In this document: piece by piece, positions 14,496-24,407 of the stretch | Layout: each line of letters begins with the position of its first letter | How positions within the stretch are numbered: the stretch's first letter is position 1 | Assembly: GCA_964501755.1 (NCBI GenBank) | Contig: CAZCTF010000002.1 | Span: 1-40,311 of the forward strand | DNA length: 40,311 nucleotides | Source: an uncultured Bdellovibrionales bacterium | GTDB taxonomy: Bacteria; Patescibacteriota; Minisyncoccia; Moranbacterales; UBA1568 | Reading direction: 5' to 3' | Position numbers and translations under genes: made by a program | Notes under the pieces: generated by a model | What the model was told of the DNA's origin: nothing | Seen by the model: the letters and a program-made list of their open reading frames with translations, nothing else | The model's database searches: none

Positions 14496-15767
14496 ATGAT
14501 TACTGCCTGGGAGAAAAAAATCAGTATTGCGAGCTTTCTCAAAGAAAACACCCTGCCGGAAACGCCGGGCGTGTATTTTTTCTTGGACGCGAGCGATGAG
14601 ATTCTCTACATCGGCAAGGCGACCATTCTCTCGGACCGGGTGAAGAGCTATTTCGGACCGGATCTCGAGGAAACTCGCGGACCGAAGCTTGTCCTTATGT
14701 TGGGTCGGGCGGTTGCGATCGGCTGGATCCAGCTGGATTCCGTCCTCGAAGCGCTTATTCGAGAAGGACAGCTCATCAAGAAATACTTGCCGACTTACAA
14801 TACGGATGCCAAGGATGATAAGAGTTATAACTTTGTTGTTATTACGAAAGAAAACTTTCCCCGCATTCTCCTCGTCCGTGAACGCGATATCGAGACGGGT
14901 AAGTTTGATACTCCGATCAGGGAGAAATTCGGTCCGTACCCGCGTGGGGAGGCGCTCCGTACGGCGCTTCGGATCGTGCGGCAGATCTTTCCGTACCGGG
15001 ACAAATGCGTGCCGTATGCCGAATTGAATGAGGAGCAGAAGAAAAAGGCCCGGCCCTGCTTCCAGGCGCAGATCGGTTTGTGCCCTGGTGTCTGCACGGG
15101 AACGATAAATGCACTCGAGTATCGGAAGACGGTGAAGCGAATCTCGCTCTTCTTCGGTGGGAAGAAAGCTGATCTCGTGAAGAATCTCGAGCGCGAGATG
15201 AAGACAGCAGCGAAAGACCTCCGTTTCGAGGAGGCGAATGAGATCAAGAAGCTCCTCTTTGACCTCGGCCATATCCGAGATGTCGCGCTTATGAAGGCAG
15301 ATCGCGAAGAAGAGTCGGCAGCACGCATCGAAGCGTATGATACGGCGCATCTCCAGGGCGAAGCAACGGTCGGTGTCATGACGGTCGTGCAGCACGCGCT
15401 TGCCAAGAAAAGCCAGTACCGTCTTTTCAAACTGCGGAACGCCCATGGTGGCAATGACCTGTCGGCGCTCGAAGAGATACTGACGCGCCGCTTGGCACAT
15501 AGCGAGTGGACCCTTCCCGAACTTATTGTTGTCGATGGCGCGCTTCTTCAGAGCGATGTAGCGACTCGGATCCTTCGGAAAAAAGGGCTGACGATACCGG
15601 TTGTCGGCGTAGTCAAGAATGCCAAGCATCAGCCTGATCGCATCATCGGACCGCGCGGACTCGTGAAGCGTTTCGAGAAAGACATCCTCCTCGCGAATGC
15701 CGAAGCGCACCGATTTGCGATTGGTTTCCATCGCAAGAAAAAGCGGGAGTCTTTCCTGGCGGGCTAG
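14496..15767 (+). CDS. uvrC: Excinuclease ABC subunit C, short form (423 aa)
   Basis: GIY-YIG domain ([15 protein letters not shown]), Cys-containing linker ([13 protein letters not shown]), UVR domain ([21 protein letters not shown]), endonuclease domain ([12 protein letters not shown]), and ends just after [15 protein letters not shown]. Confidence 0.85.
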   Translation: MITAWEKKISIASFLKENTLPETPGVYFFLDASDEILYIGKATILSDRVKSYFGPDLEETRGPKLVLMLGRAVAIGWIQLDSVLEALIREGQLIKKYLPTYNTDAKDDKSYNFVVITKENFPRILLVRERDIETGKFDTPIREKFGPYPRGEALRTALRIVRQIFPYRDKCVPYAELNEEQKKKARPCFQAQIGLCPGVCTGTINALEYRKTVKRISLFFGGKKADLVKNLEREMKTAAKDLRFEEANEIKKLLFDLGHIRDVALMKADREEESAARIEAYDTAHLQGEATVGVMTVVQHALAKKSQYRLFKLRNAHGGNDLSALEEILTRRLAHSEWTLPELIVVDGALLQSDVATRILRKKGLTIPVVGVVKNAKHQPDRIIGPRGLVKRFEKDILLANAEAHRFAIGFHRKKKRESFLAG

Positions 15768-15808
15768 TCAGGCTGGCGCCCGGATTCTTTAGCTGGGCGG
15801 GCCGATAC

Positions 15809-15837
15809 TTTACCCACGCTCGAAAACCCGGTATACT
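15809..15837 (+). promoter_or_regulatory. Putative uvrA promoter
   Basis: TTTACC (15809..15814), 17-nt spacer, TATACT (15832..15837), 34 nt upstream of the ATG. Confidence 0.45.
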
Positions 15838-15871
15838 GGGAAGCAACTTGTCTATCCCACCATAGCGGCGT

Positions 15872-18679
15872 ATGCCTGGAAAAAAGAGCGTGATCGAGAT
15901 TCGCGGGGCCCGGGTAAATAATCTGAAGAACGTGGACATCGATGTCCCACGCGACTGCCTCGTCGTCGTGACCGGACTTTCCGGCTCAGGAAAATCCTCA
16001 CTTGCATTCGATACGCTCTACGCCGAAGCGAATCGCCGCTACGTTGAATCGCTCTCCGCTTATGCGCGGAACTTCATGGAGGGGTATGACAAACCGGACG
16101 TCGATACGATCCGGAACCTGTCACCGGCCATCTCGATCGACCAGAAGAGTGTGTCGCGGAGCCCGCGTTCAACCGTCGGGACGATGACCGAGGTCTATGA
16201 TTACCTCCGCCTCCTTTTTGCTAAAGTCGGCAAGCCGCATTGTCCGAAATGTGACCAGGTCCTGTCGCGGAAGACGGCGATTACGATCCTTGGCGAGATT
16301 CTCGCTCTGCCGAATGAGTCGGCCCTCGTTTTTACTGCCGAAAGCCCGCTTTTCGCCGGGAAGAATTGGCGCGAGGCGCTTCAGCTCGTCGATGATTGGG
16401 GATTCGTCCGAGTCTGGTACCGGGATGCAGCCGTCGCACTGCCAGAGCTCCGAAATGTCGTCGATCTGGCAGCACCGGCCGAATGCTTGATTGTTATCGA
16501 TCGCCTCAATCTCGATACGGCGCGACCTGACAAAGAGCGGATGCTCGACTCGATCCATACGGCATTCCAGACTGGTCATGGGGTCATGCGACTCTTGGTC
16601 GACGGAGAATATTTTCATACGTATCACGAGCGGTACCGTTGCGAGGCCTGTCAGATCGAGCTGCCGGAATTTTCCCCGGCTCATTTCTCTTTCAATAGTC
16701 CTGAGGGCGCCTGTCCAACGTGCGGGGGCTTGGGTGTGACGCTCGAGTTCGATCCGGCGCTTATCATTCCGAATGATTCGCTCTCGATCGCCGAAGGTGC
16801 GATTCGGCCGTGGAGCAAGATGAATAGCGATCGTGGCAATGGGAGTGGGCCGATGTCGCTCCTCCGCGAGATGGCAAAGCGGGAGAAGATCTCGCTCGAT
16901 GTGCCAGTGAAGAAGCTTTCCGAAAAACAGCGCGAGTATATTCTCCGCGGCGACGCCAAACGTGATCTTTCCGACGAGTACGGCTTCCCAGGCGTGCTCG
17001 GTCTCCTCGAACGTAAGTATCGTGAGACGAAATCTGATCATCTCCGTGCTGAGATCGAGACATTCATGTTCATGAAACGCTGCCCAGCTTGTGAGGGGAA
17101 GCGGCTCCGTTCCGAGTCACTCTCGGTATACATCGGCGACAAGAACATTAATGCCTTCGTTGGCCAATCGATTGAGGATCTCAGGGTATTTTTCAAGGAT
17201 CTGCGTCCAGCGCTTTTGGCGGAGGGTGAGGAGAAATCGCTTGTCGAGCCGCTCTTCAGCGAGATGGAGATGCGCCTTTCTGCCGTCGACAAGGTCGGCC
17301 TCGGGTATCTTTCCCTCTCGCGGAGTGCGGACACGCTTTCGGGCGGCGAAGCCCAGCGTATTCGGCTCTCCGTTCAGATCAAATCGGGCCTCTCGGGTAT
17401 TATCTACGTTCTTGATGAACCCTCAGTCGGGCTCCATAGCCGCGATACGGACCGTCTCATCCGGGCGCTCGAAGAACTTCGTGGGGCGAATAATTCGCTC
17501 GTTGTTGTCGAGCACGATGTTGCTATCATGCGAAAAGCGGATTGGATCATTGACCTCGGCCCCGGTGCCGGTAAGGAAGGCGGCGAGATAATCTTCTCGG
17601 GTACGCCGGAAAAGCTGATGAAGTCGAAGCTTCTCACGGGGCAGTATCTCTCGGGCAAGCGCTCAGTGATGGAGCGTGAGACGCTGCGCAAAGGATCGGG
17701 TAAGGTCATCCAGATTGCGGGCGCGACTGAACATAATCTCAAAGACGTTACGGTTGAAATTCCGCTTGGGAAATTCGTTTCAGTTTCGGGGGTTTCTGGT
17801 TCGGGAAAATCAACCCTGGTCCACGATATTCTCTCCCGGGCGCTTTCCCGGCATTTCTATCAGGCGCGGACCGAGCCAGGTGCGCATCAGGCACTCAAAG
17901 GCATCGAGTATATCGACAAAGTCATCACGGTGACCCAGGATGCCATCGGTCGAACACCACGCTCAAACGCTGCCACGTATACGGGGATCTTCAGCCTCAT
18001 CCGTGATGTTTTCGCAGCGACACCGGAAGCTGAAAAGGAACGTTACTCGGCTTCGTACTTCAGTTTCAATATGCGTGGCGGCCGCTGCGAGGTCTGCCAG
18101 GGCGGTGGACTGAAGAAGATCGAGATGTATCTCTTGCCGGATGTCTATATCCCGTGCGAGGTCTGCAACGGCACCCGCTACAACGCGAAGACGCTGGCGA
18201 TCCAGTACCGAGGCATGAATATCTCTGAGGTGCTCCGTATGACAGTATCTGAGGCACGGCATTTCTTTCTCGACCAGCCGATGATCGAAGAGAAACTCCG
18301 TGTGCTTGAGGAAGTTGGCCTTGGCTATCTTGTCCTTGGACAGAGCGCGCCGAATCTCTCGGGCGGCGAAGCACAGCGAATCAAGCTCGCGACCGAGCTC
18401 GCTCGCAAATCGACCGGCAAAACGCTCTATATTCTCGATGAGCCGACGATCGGGCTGCATTTCGAGGACGTCCGGCGATTGCTCGAGGTTTTGAATGCGC
18501 TCGTTGACAAGGGGAATACCGTCCTCGTCGTCGAACACAATACTGATGTCATCCGCGCCTCCGACTGGGTGATTGATATGGGTCCGGATGGCGGCGATCG
18601 TGGAGGCATTGTGGTGTATGCTGGTGTGCCGGAGAAACTGAAGAAAATAAAAGCGAGCTTTACTGGCCGGTATCTCTAA
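15872..18679 (+). CDS. uvrA: Excinuclease ABC subunit A
   Basis: Two ABC modules ([10 protein letters not shown] and [10 protein letters not shown] Walker A; LSGGEAQR signatures twice) and zinc-finger Cys pairs (CPKC, CEAC, CPTC, CPAC, CEVC, CEVC). 935 aa. Confidence 0.95.
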   Translation: MPGKKSVIEIRGARVNNLKNVDIDVPRDCLVVVTGLSGSGKSSLAFDTLYAEANRRYVESLSAYARNFMEGYDKPDVDTIRNLSPAISIDQKSVSRSPRSTVGTMTEVYDYLRLLFAKVGKPHCPKCDQVLSRKTAITILGEILALPNESALVFTAESPLFAGKNWREALQLVDDWGFVRVWYRDAAVALPELRNVVDLAAPAECLIVIDRLNLDTARPDKERMLDSIHTAFQTGHGVMRLLVDGEYFHTYHERYRCEACQIELPEFSPAHFSFNSPEGACPTCGGLGVTLEFDPALIIPNDSLSIAEGAIRPWSKMNSDRGNGSGPMSLLREMAKREKISLDVPVKKLSEKQREYILRGDAKRDLSDEYGFPGVLGLLERKYRETKSDHLRAEIETFMFMKRCPACEGKRLRSESLSVYIGDKNINAFVGQSIEDLRVFFKDLRPALLAEGEEKSLVEPLFSEMEMRLSAVDKVGLGYLSLSRSADTLSGGEAQRIRLSVQIKSGLSGIIYVLDEPSVGLHSRDTDRLIRALEELRGANNSLVVVEHDVAIMRKADWIIDLGPGAGKEGGEIIFSGTPEKLMKSKLLTGQYLSGKRSVMERETLRKGSGKVIQIAGATEHNLKDVTVEIPLGKFVSVSGVSGSGKSTLVHDILSRALSRHFYQARTEPGAHQALKGIEYIDKVITVTQDAIGRTPRSNAATYTGIFSLIRDVFAATPEAEKERYSASYFSFNMRGGRCEVCQGGGLKKIEMYLLPDVYIPCEVCNGTRYNAKTLAIQYRGMNISEVLRMTVSEARHFFLDQPMIEEKLRVLEEVGLGYLVLGQSAPNLSGGEAQRIKLATELARKSTGKTLYILDEPTIGLHFEDVRRLLEVLNALVDKGNTVLVVEHNTDVIRASDWVIDMGPDGGDRGGIVVYAGVPEKLKKIKASFTGRYL

Positions 18680-18690
18680 TTCTTGGTTCT

Positions 18691-19614
18691 ATGCTGCGGA
18701 AGGCAGTCCTCGCTACGGTCGCTTACTACGACGCGTTGGAATACCCGCTGACCGAATTTGAGGTGTGGAAGCACCTGATTGCCGATAAAAGCGACGGGGT
18801 ATCGAATGTTCCGACCCTCGGACAGATTGCGGCTGCGATTGACGGATTGGTCGGAAGCGGAGCGATACTCCGCGTGCGCGGATTTGTCGTTCTGCCCGGA
18901 CGCCAGTCACTCGTTCCGGAGCGGATTCGGGGCGAGAAATATTCTGTTGGCAAAATCAAACGAGCTGCCCGGCTCATTCGAGGAATCGCCTGGGTGCCTT
19001 TTATTCGGATGATCGCGCTTACCGGCAGCCTTTCCATGAAGCGCGGTGATCATGACAGCGACTGGGATCTATTAGTCGTGCTTTCCAGGGGGGCGATCTG
19101 GCGTGGCCGGATGTTGCTCTCGCTCGTGCTTCAGCTTATTGGCAAGCGCCGGCACGGACGGCATATTGAGAATCGTGCCTGTCTGAATCATTTTGTCACG
19201 GACGGAAGCCTAGAAATTGCCATGCAGGATTATTTTTCTGCCAGCGAATATCGCTTCATGTATACGTTCCTTGGTCGCGATACCGAACGGCGTTTTGAGC
19301 TCGTCAATCGTTGGATCGCGTGGATCAAACCGAACTACCAGCCAACTGAAATTCCGAATCTCTGGCTGCGCGAGGCGTCGCCAGTAGTCCTGAGGATTCA
19401 GGCATCACTGGAGTGGCTCTTTTCTTGGAAGGGATCGGAGAAATTACTCGCTCGTTGGCAGAAGAAAAAAATCGAACGTAATCCGAAATCACTGGTCCCA
19501 GGTGCCTTCATTGTTGCCAACGACGAGGCGCTTATTTTCCTCCCACATCCGAAGGGTCCGGTCGTCTTCGATCGTTTCAAGGAGCGGCTCGCGCTCCATA
19601 GATTCACGACGTAA
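18691..19614 (+). CDS. Hypothetical protein with Pol-beta-type nucleotidyltransferase-like motif
   Basis: GSLSMKRGDHDSDWDLLVV fits the GS-x(n)-DxD minimal nucleotidyltransferase signature. The N-terminal 70 or so aa look like a winged-helix module. The C-terminal 150 aa are unassigned. Confidence 0.5.
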   Translation: MLRKAVLATVAYYDALEYPLTEFEVWKHLIADKSDGVSNVPTLGQIAAAIDGLVGSGAILRVRGFVVLPGRQSLVPERIRGEKYSVGKIKRAARLIRGIAWVPFIRMIALTGSLSMKRGDHDSDWDLLVVLSRGAIWRGRMLLSLVLQLIGKRRHGRHIENRACLNHFVTDGSLEIAMQDYFSASEYRFMYTFLGRDTERRFELVNRWIAWIKPNYQPTEIPNLWLREASPVVLRIQASLEWLFSWKGSEKLLARWQKKKIERNPKSLVPGAFIVANDEALIFLPHPKGPVVFDRFKERLALHRFTT

Positions 19615-19628
19615 ATTCGTCGGCTGCG

Positions 19629-19637
19629 TGCTATACT
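19629..19637 (+). promoter_or_regulatory. Extended -10 promoter of pilC
   Basis: TGcTATACT lies 29 nt upstream of the ATG at 19667. A-rich leader without SD. Confidence 0.45.
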
Positions 19638-19666
19638 GGAACAAACAAAACACAGAAAAAACGGCT

Positions 19667-20890
19667 ATGCCGAAGTATTTGTATACAGCCAAAAGCATCT
19701 CGACTGGCGAGACGAAGGGTGGCGAGGTAGTCGGGAAAGATGAGAATCAGGTCGGCCAAGAGCTCCGTGGCCAGGGTTTTCTCGTCACGTCCATCAAGAT
19801 GATCGAAGAAGATACCGGCGGTATCCAGGTAAAATTCCTGGATCGTTTCATGACCGTTCCGCTGAAAGAAAAAATGGTCTTCACTCGCAACCTGTCAGTG
19901 ATGACATCCTCGGGACTGACGGTCTCTCGGGCAATCTATAATCTTTCCATCCAGACCAGTAATAAACGGTTCCAAAAGATCCTCCTTGCTGTCCATGACG
20001 ACGTCCAGGCAGGAAAGCAGCTTTCCGAGGGTTTGGCCAAGTACCCAGCTGTTTTCAATGAGCTTTTCGTTAATATGGTTTCGGTTGGCGAGGTGTCGGG
20101 GAATCTCGAAGAAGTACTCGAAATCCTTGCACTTCAGCTCGAGAAAGAGCATGATCTCATCTCGAAAGTCCGTGGCGCCATGGTGTATCCGGCGGTCATT
20201 GTCGTCGCCATGATCGGTATCGGTATCCTGATGCTGACCTATATCCTACCGAAAATCACGCAGACTTTCATTGATATGGAGGTGGAGCTTCCCGCGACGA
20301 CACTGTTTATTATCGGGCTATCAAATTTCGTTCGCACGCATTGGATTATTGTCATCTTGGGATTTGTCGGAAGTATCATCGGGTTTCGCATTGCTTCAAC
20401 GACCGATGCCGGTCGGCATTTTCTTCACTGGCTGGTTATCCGACTGCCGATCATCGGCAGCATTGTCGTCAAAGTGAATTGCGCCCGTTTCGCGCGCATC
20501 TATAGTTCCCTTCTCAAGAGCGGTATTTCGGTCGTGACAGCGCTCACCATTGTGTCGCGCACGCTTGGCAACGTGTATTACAAAGAAGCGCTCGTTCAAG
20601 GAATCGAAGAAATCCAGAAGGGTACCGAACTTTCCAAGATTATTGGCAAGCACCCGCGGCTTTTCCCGGTGCTCGTGCCACAGATTATCCAGGTCGGCGA
20701 GGAGACCGGAAAGACAGAGAACGTTCTCCAACGACTGGCAGAGTTTTATGAAGAAGAGGTTTCACAGATTACGAAAAACATGTCTTCGATCATCGAGCCG
20801 ATCCTGATGCTCCTCATTGGTGGCTCGGTCGGATTCTTTGCGGTCGCGATGCTTCAGCCGATGTACAGCGTGTTGGAAAACATACAGTAG
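19667..20890 (+). CDS. pilC: Type IV pilus / type II secretion platform protein (GspF/PilC family)
   Basis: Duplicated T2SSF architecture, three TM segments and a conserved C-terminal IEPILMLLIGGSVGFFAVAMLQPMY. I chose the ATG at 19667 because upstream residues of the tracked ORF are non-family. Confidence 0.9.
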   Translation: MPKYLYTAKSISTGETKGGEVVGKDENQVGQELRGQGFLVTSIKMIEEDTGGIQVKFLDRFMTVPLKEKMVFTRNLSVMTSSGLTVSRAIYNLSIQTSNKRFQKILLAVHDDVQAGKQLSEGLAKYPAVFNELFVNMVSVGEVSGNLEEVLEILALQLEKEHDLISKVRGAMVYPAVIVVAMIGIGILMLTYILPKITQTFIDMEVELPATTLFIIGLSNFVRTHWIIVILGFVGSIIGFRIASTTDAGRHFLHWLVIRLPIIGSIVVKVNCARFARIYSSLLKSGISVVTALTIVSRTLGNVYYKEALVQGIEEIQKGTELSKIIGKHPRLFPVLVPQIIQVGEETGKTENVLQRLAEFYEEEVSQITKNMSSIIEPILMLLIGGSVGFFAVAMLQPMYSVLENIQ

Positions 20891-20894
20891 TACT

Positions 20895-22277
20895 ATGATG
20901 CTTCTCTCCCGTCGATTGCGGCGAGTATCCAGAGGTTTTACCCTCATCGAGGGGATGGTCATGCTTTTTCTTTTTACCTTGATTACGCTTATATTCTTCC
21001 AGACCTTCGCTTACGGAACGGCGCTCATTCAACAATCTAAGTACCGCTTGGGGGCGATCGCGCTTGCTAATCAGAAGATGGAGATTATCCGGAGTCTTGA
21101 TTACGACGCTATCGGTACCGTTTCCGGTATCCCGACCGGTGACCTTTTGGAGGATGAGACGGTTCAGGTAAGTAACGCTCTCTTTCAGGTGCATACGTTT
21201 GTTCAATATGCGGATGATCCGTATGATGGGACGCTTGGCGGCAGCCCAAACGATCTTGTCCCGAACGATTACAAACGGGTTCGTGTAGAGGTGGCCTGGG
21301 GTGCTGAAACTGATGCTGAGAGGGCGACACTGTTCTCTACTTTTGCTCCGCTCGGTATCGAACAGTCTGTCGGGGGCGGCATCCTCTCGATCAATATCCT
21401 CGATTCACAAGGAAATGGGCTTTCTGGCGTCACCGTTCATATCACCAACAGCAGTGTTATTCCGGCAGTTGATGTTACGACAACAACCGATACCTCGGGC
21501 AACCTGTTTCTGGTCGGGGCCCCGGCAAGCGCACAGGGGTATCACGTGACGTTTTCCAAGACAGGGTACTTTGGTAGCGCAAGTTATGCACCCTATCCGA
21601 CGACCACGTTCGTCCCGATAGACGTGCACGCCTCGGTCGTTGATGGAGTTGTGAACCAGGCGACATTTGTAATGGACCAGTCGTCGACGCTCGAGCTCCG
21701 GACCACTGACCCGTTCGGTAATGCGGTTCCGGATATCGATTACCGGATCGATGGCGGCCGGAAGCTCGGCAGTCAGCCGGGTACCGGGGTTCCGGTTTAC
21801 GAGTTCGGCGAGGACGCATCAACGGATACGGGCGGTGAGCAGATCTATGCCAATCGGAGCTATGGCGGATATACTTGGACACTAGACGCAGGGGAAACGG
21901 ATTGGACGTTCATCGGACTGACGCCGGAATCAAGTACGGGAGTAAATAGTATCGACCTAGCACCGAATACGTCACAGATTGTCCAGATGACACTGGCGGA
22001 AAATGCCGTCAATGGCGCACTCTTTGCGGTTACGAGTTCGGTTGATGCAATGCCGATTTCGGGTGCAGCTGTTCATCTGACAAATGCAACGCTCGTGTAT
22101 GACGAAACGGTCACCACTGGGACGTACGGCCAGGCCTACTTTCCCGAAAATGAAGCGCCGGGAATGCTGCCTGAGACATATGATTATGAGGTGACGGCAG
22201 CGGGATTCACGACGGAAACCGGTACCGTTACCATCACATCGGGACTAGAGTCGATCCCGGTAAGCATGAGTCCATGA
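20895..22277 (+). CDS. Large pseudopilin (460 aa) with prepilin-type N-terminus and two carboxypeptidase-regulatory-like beta-sandwich modules
   Basis: RG/FTLIEGMVMLFLFTLITLIF class III signal peptide. GILSINILDSQGNGLSGVTVHITN...TDTSGN...YHVTFSKTGY and SGAAVHLTNA...TGTYGQAYF...YDYEVTAAGF resemble CarboxypepD_reg folds. Confidence 0.75.
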   Translation: MMLLSRRLRRVSRGFTLIEGMVMLFLFTLITLIFFQTFAYGTALIQQSKYRLGAIALANQKMEIIRSLDYDAIGTVSGIPTGDLLEDETVQVSNALFQVHTFVQYADDPYDGTLGGSPNDLVPNDYKRVRVEVAWGAETDAERATLFSTFAPLGIEQSVGGGILSINILDSQGNGLSGVTVHITNSSVIPAVDVTTTTDTSGNLFLVGAPASAQGYHVTFSKTGYFGSASYAPYPTTTFVPIDVHASVVDGVVNQATFVMDQSSTLELRTTDPFGNAVPDIDYRIDGGRKLGSQPGTGVPVYEFGEDASTDTGGEQIYANRSYGGYTWTLDAGETDWTFIGLTPESSTGVNSIDLAPNTSQIVQMTLAENAVNGALFAVTSSVDAMPISGAAVHLTNATLVYDETVTTGTYGQAYFPENEAPGMLPETYDYEVTAAGFTTETGTVTITSGLESIPVSMSP

Positions 22278-22930
22278 CAAAGTCTCTGAAAACAACTGTT
22301 CCTCGTTGGAAACGCCTCAAGGGCCTGACACTGGTCGAGATGCTAGTGGCAATTTTCATCTTGTCGGCAGGAATGCTCGGTTTCTCGCTTCTTTTCTCGA
22401 GTAGTTGGAAGAGTAATAAGTTCATCCTTGAAACGGGCGTTACCTCAATCCGTGTGAATCGAGCATCGACGGAGATCATCAATAACCTCAGAAAAGTGCG
22501 GCAGGCCGACAATGGAGACTATCCGATCGAGTCGGGTGATGATTTTGATATCCAGGTCTACCTGGATATCGATAATGACGGGGTGACTGAGCGAGTGCAT
22601 TACTGGCTGGATGATGTAAATGATCGTCTCATGCGCGGTATCCGTGAGCCATCCGCAGCACAACCACCAACCTATGCGGCCGGTGATGGAACGACATCGA
22701 TAATCGCTGAGTATATTGTCAATGATGCGACACAACCGCTTTTCTACTATTACAATGAGAACTATCCTGGCGATACGGTGAATAATCCGCTCGTGACGCC
22801 GACGTCGATTGGGAATGTCCGACTTGTCCGGGTGTTCATTCGGATGAACATCGATCCGATTAGGGCACCGAACAATATCAACGTGGAGTCATTTGTTGAT
22901 CTGCGTAACCTGGAATCCTATGATAATTGA
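22274..22930 (+). CDS. Pseudopilin / minor pilin with prepilin-type N-terminal methylation domain
   Basis: KG/LTLVEMLVAIFILSAGMLGF class III signal. ATGA overlap with the previous gene. Confidence 0.75.
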   Translation: MTKSLKTTVPRWKRLKGLTLVEMLVAIFILSAGMLGFSLLFSSSWKSNKFILETGVTSIRVNRASTEIINNLRKVRQADNGDYPIESGDDFDIQVYLDIDNDGVTERVHYWLDDVNDRLMRGIREPSAAQPPTYAAGDGTTSIIAEYIVNDATQPLFYYYNENYPGDTVNNPLVTPTSIGNVRLVRVFIRMNIDPIRAPNNINVESFVDLRNLESYDN

Positions 22931-24341
22931 CCAGCGTGTAGCAAAAAGAAGGGGGAGCGCCCTCGTGTACGGGCTGGTTATTATGTCGGTGGTACAGATT
23001 ATTCTTATTTCGATTGTTCAGTACGTGGCGTCCAATGTTCAATATTCGCTCAATATTCGCTCACGCGAGCAGGCGCTTCAGATCGCCGAGGCAGGCATCG
23101 GTTTCTATCGTTGGTACCTCGCCCATAACGTCGAAGGAAAAACGACCTCGCAGATTCAGGCGTTTTGGGATGGCGGTACAGCGTATGGTGTCGGTACGGC
23201 GTATGAGTCTGATTATACCGACTCATCCGGTGCAACAACTGGGCGCTATCGGCTTGAAGTGACGCCGCCTGATACCGGTACGACGGCAGTTATAGTGAAG
23301 TCGACGGCATGGACGTACAAGCATCCGAATGTCCAGCGGATCGTTCAAGTGCGTCTCCGGCGTCCTTCCTGGAGTGAGTTCTCAGTTCTTAGTAACGACT
23401 TTATTCGTTTTGGATCGGGGACTGAGGTGTTCGGCAAGATTCACTCGAATTATGGAATTCGTTTTGATGGAGTAGCGCATAATACGGTTTCGAGCGCGGT
23501 CTCAACCTACAATGACCCCGATCATACGGGCTCGAATGAATTCGGTGTCCATACTCATAACCCAGTTGATCCATTGCCGCCGGCAGCAGTGCCGGATAAG
23601 CCGGCTGTTTTTGAAGCGGGGCGGTCTTTTCCGGTCCAGACTGCTGATTTCAGCGGTGTGCTCGCCGATCTGAGTCTTATGAAAGCTGAGGCTCAGGCAG
23701 GAACGAACGGAAGTCGCTACTTCAATAACGCGAGCCAGGGACGGCATATTATTCTGAAGTCGAATGACACGTTCGATATCCGGACCGTGCAGAGTTTCAA
23801 CGCATCGACGAACGAAATCAACAACTATTCGGGCGGCTGGTCAAACTACGCAATCCCTGATAATGGCATTATCTTTGTCGAAAACAATGTCTGGCTCGAA
23901 GGGACCGTTGATGGTCGTCGCGTGACGGTCGTTGCGGCTAATCTCATATCTTCCTCTCAGAAGACAATGTATCTGGGAAAGGATGTGCGCTATGCGAACT
24001 ATGATTGTGACAATATGGTTGGCCTCATCGGACAGAACGATGTCGAGATATATCGCCAGAGCAATAACGTCCTGCGAATCGATGCAGCGCTCATAGCGCA
24101 GACCGGCCGGGTCGGCCGAGCAAATTACACCGGTACCTATGCGACACGAGACACGATTACCGTGTACGGCGCGATCGCGAGTAATGAGCGCTATGGTTTT
24201 GCCTGGGCGGATGCGATGGGCAACCATGTTTCCGGATACACTAATCGCAATCTCTATTACGACAATAATCTCCTGTACTGCCCACCCCCGTTTTTTCCAT
24301 CGGGAACCCAGTACGAACTCGATCTTTGGGAGGAACTTTAG
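22920..24341 (+). CDS. PilX-like large pilus-associated protein (473 aa)
   Basis: The N-terminal RRGSALVYGLVIMSVVQIILISIV hydrophobic helix is typical of the PilX N-terminal domain. An 11-nt overlap with the previous gene suggests coupling. The rest is unassigned. Confidence 0.6.
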   Translation: MIIDQRVAKRRGSALVYGLVIMSVVQIILISIVQYVASNVQYSLNIRSREQALQIAEAGIGFYRWYLAHNVEGKTTSQIQAFWDGGTAYGVGTAYESDYTDSSGATTGRYRLEVTPPDTGTTAVIVKSTAWTYKHPNVQRIVQVRLRRPSWSEFSVLSNDFIRFGSGTEVFGKIHSNYGIRFDGVAHNTVSSAVSTYNDPDHTGSNEFGVHTHNPVDPLPPAAVPDKPAVFEAGRSFPVQTADFSGVLADLSLMKAEAQAGTNGSRYFNNASQGRHIILKSNDTFDIRTVQSFNASTNEINNYSGGWSNYAIPDNGIIFVENNVWLEGTVDGRRVTVVAANLISSSQKTMYLGKDVRYANYDCDNMVGLIGQNDVEIYRQSNNVLRIDAALIAQTGRVGRANYTGTYATRDTITVYGAIASNERYGFAWADAMGNHVSGYTNRNLYYDNNLLYCPPPFFPSGTQYELDLWEEL

Positions 24342-24407
24342 TCCGTCTGGTCGTGGTATTATGGTGAAAGCAGTAAACACAAATATCAAGACAGCAAAAA
24401 TTCTGGT

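Noticed and set aside
14337-15731. 464-aa ORF on the minus strand
   Set aside because: It is entirely antisense to uvrC, whose product shows all family motifs. The antisense product is Arg/Leu/Phe-rich with no motifs. It is a typical shadow ORF in GC3-biased coding DNA.
14366-15871. Canonical LexA/SOS boxes upstream of uvrC and uvrA
   Set aside because: No CTGT-N8-ACAG or CGAAC-N4-GTTCG type palindrome was found by eye in either upstream region. GTTCGCGCTGACGAAT at 14381..14396 is not a proper inverted repeat.
16169-17041. 290-aa minus-strand ORF (and other long antisense ORFs at 380..1138, 9918..10682, 29442..30296, 30475..31119, 32016..32756, 35054..35704)
   Set aside because: Each lies opposite a confidently identified + strand gene (uvrA, the DUF167/YgjP pair, helicase, miaB, xth, rarA, mraZ). 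All lack SD or promoter context and have low-complexity, Arg-rich composition.
19502-19666. Upstream extension of the pilC ORF (and similar 5' extensions at 375, 1095, 2638, 3392, 20817, 25399, 33561, 35279)
   Set aside because: The extended residues overlap the preceding gene or promoter elements and are not family-like. Internal ATGs reproduce canonical N-termini.
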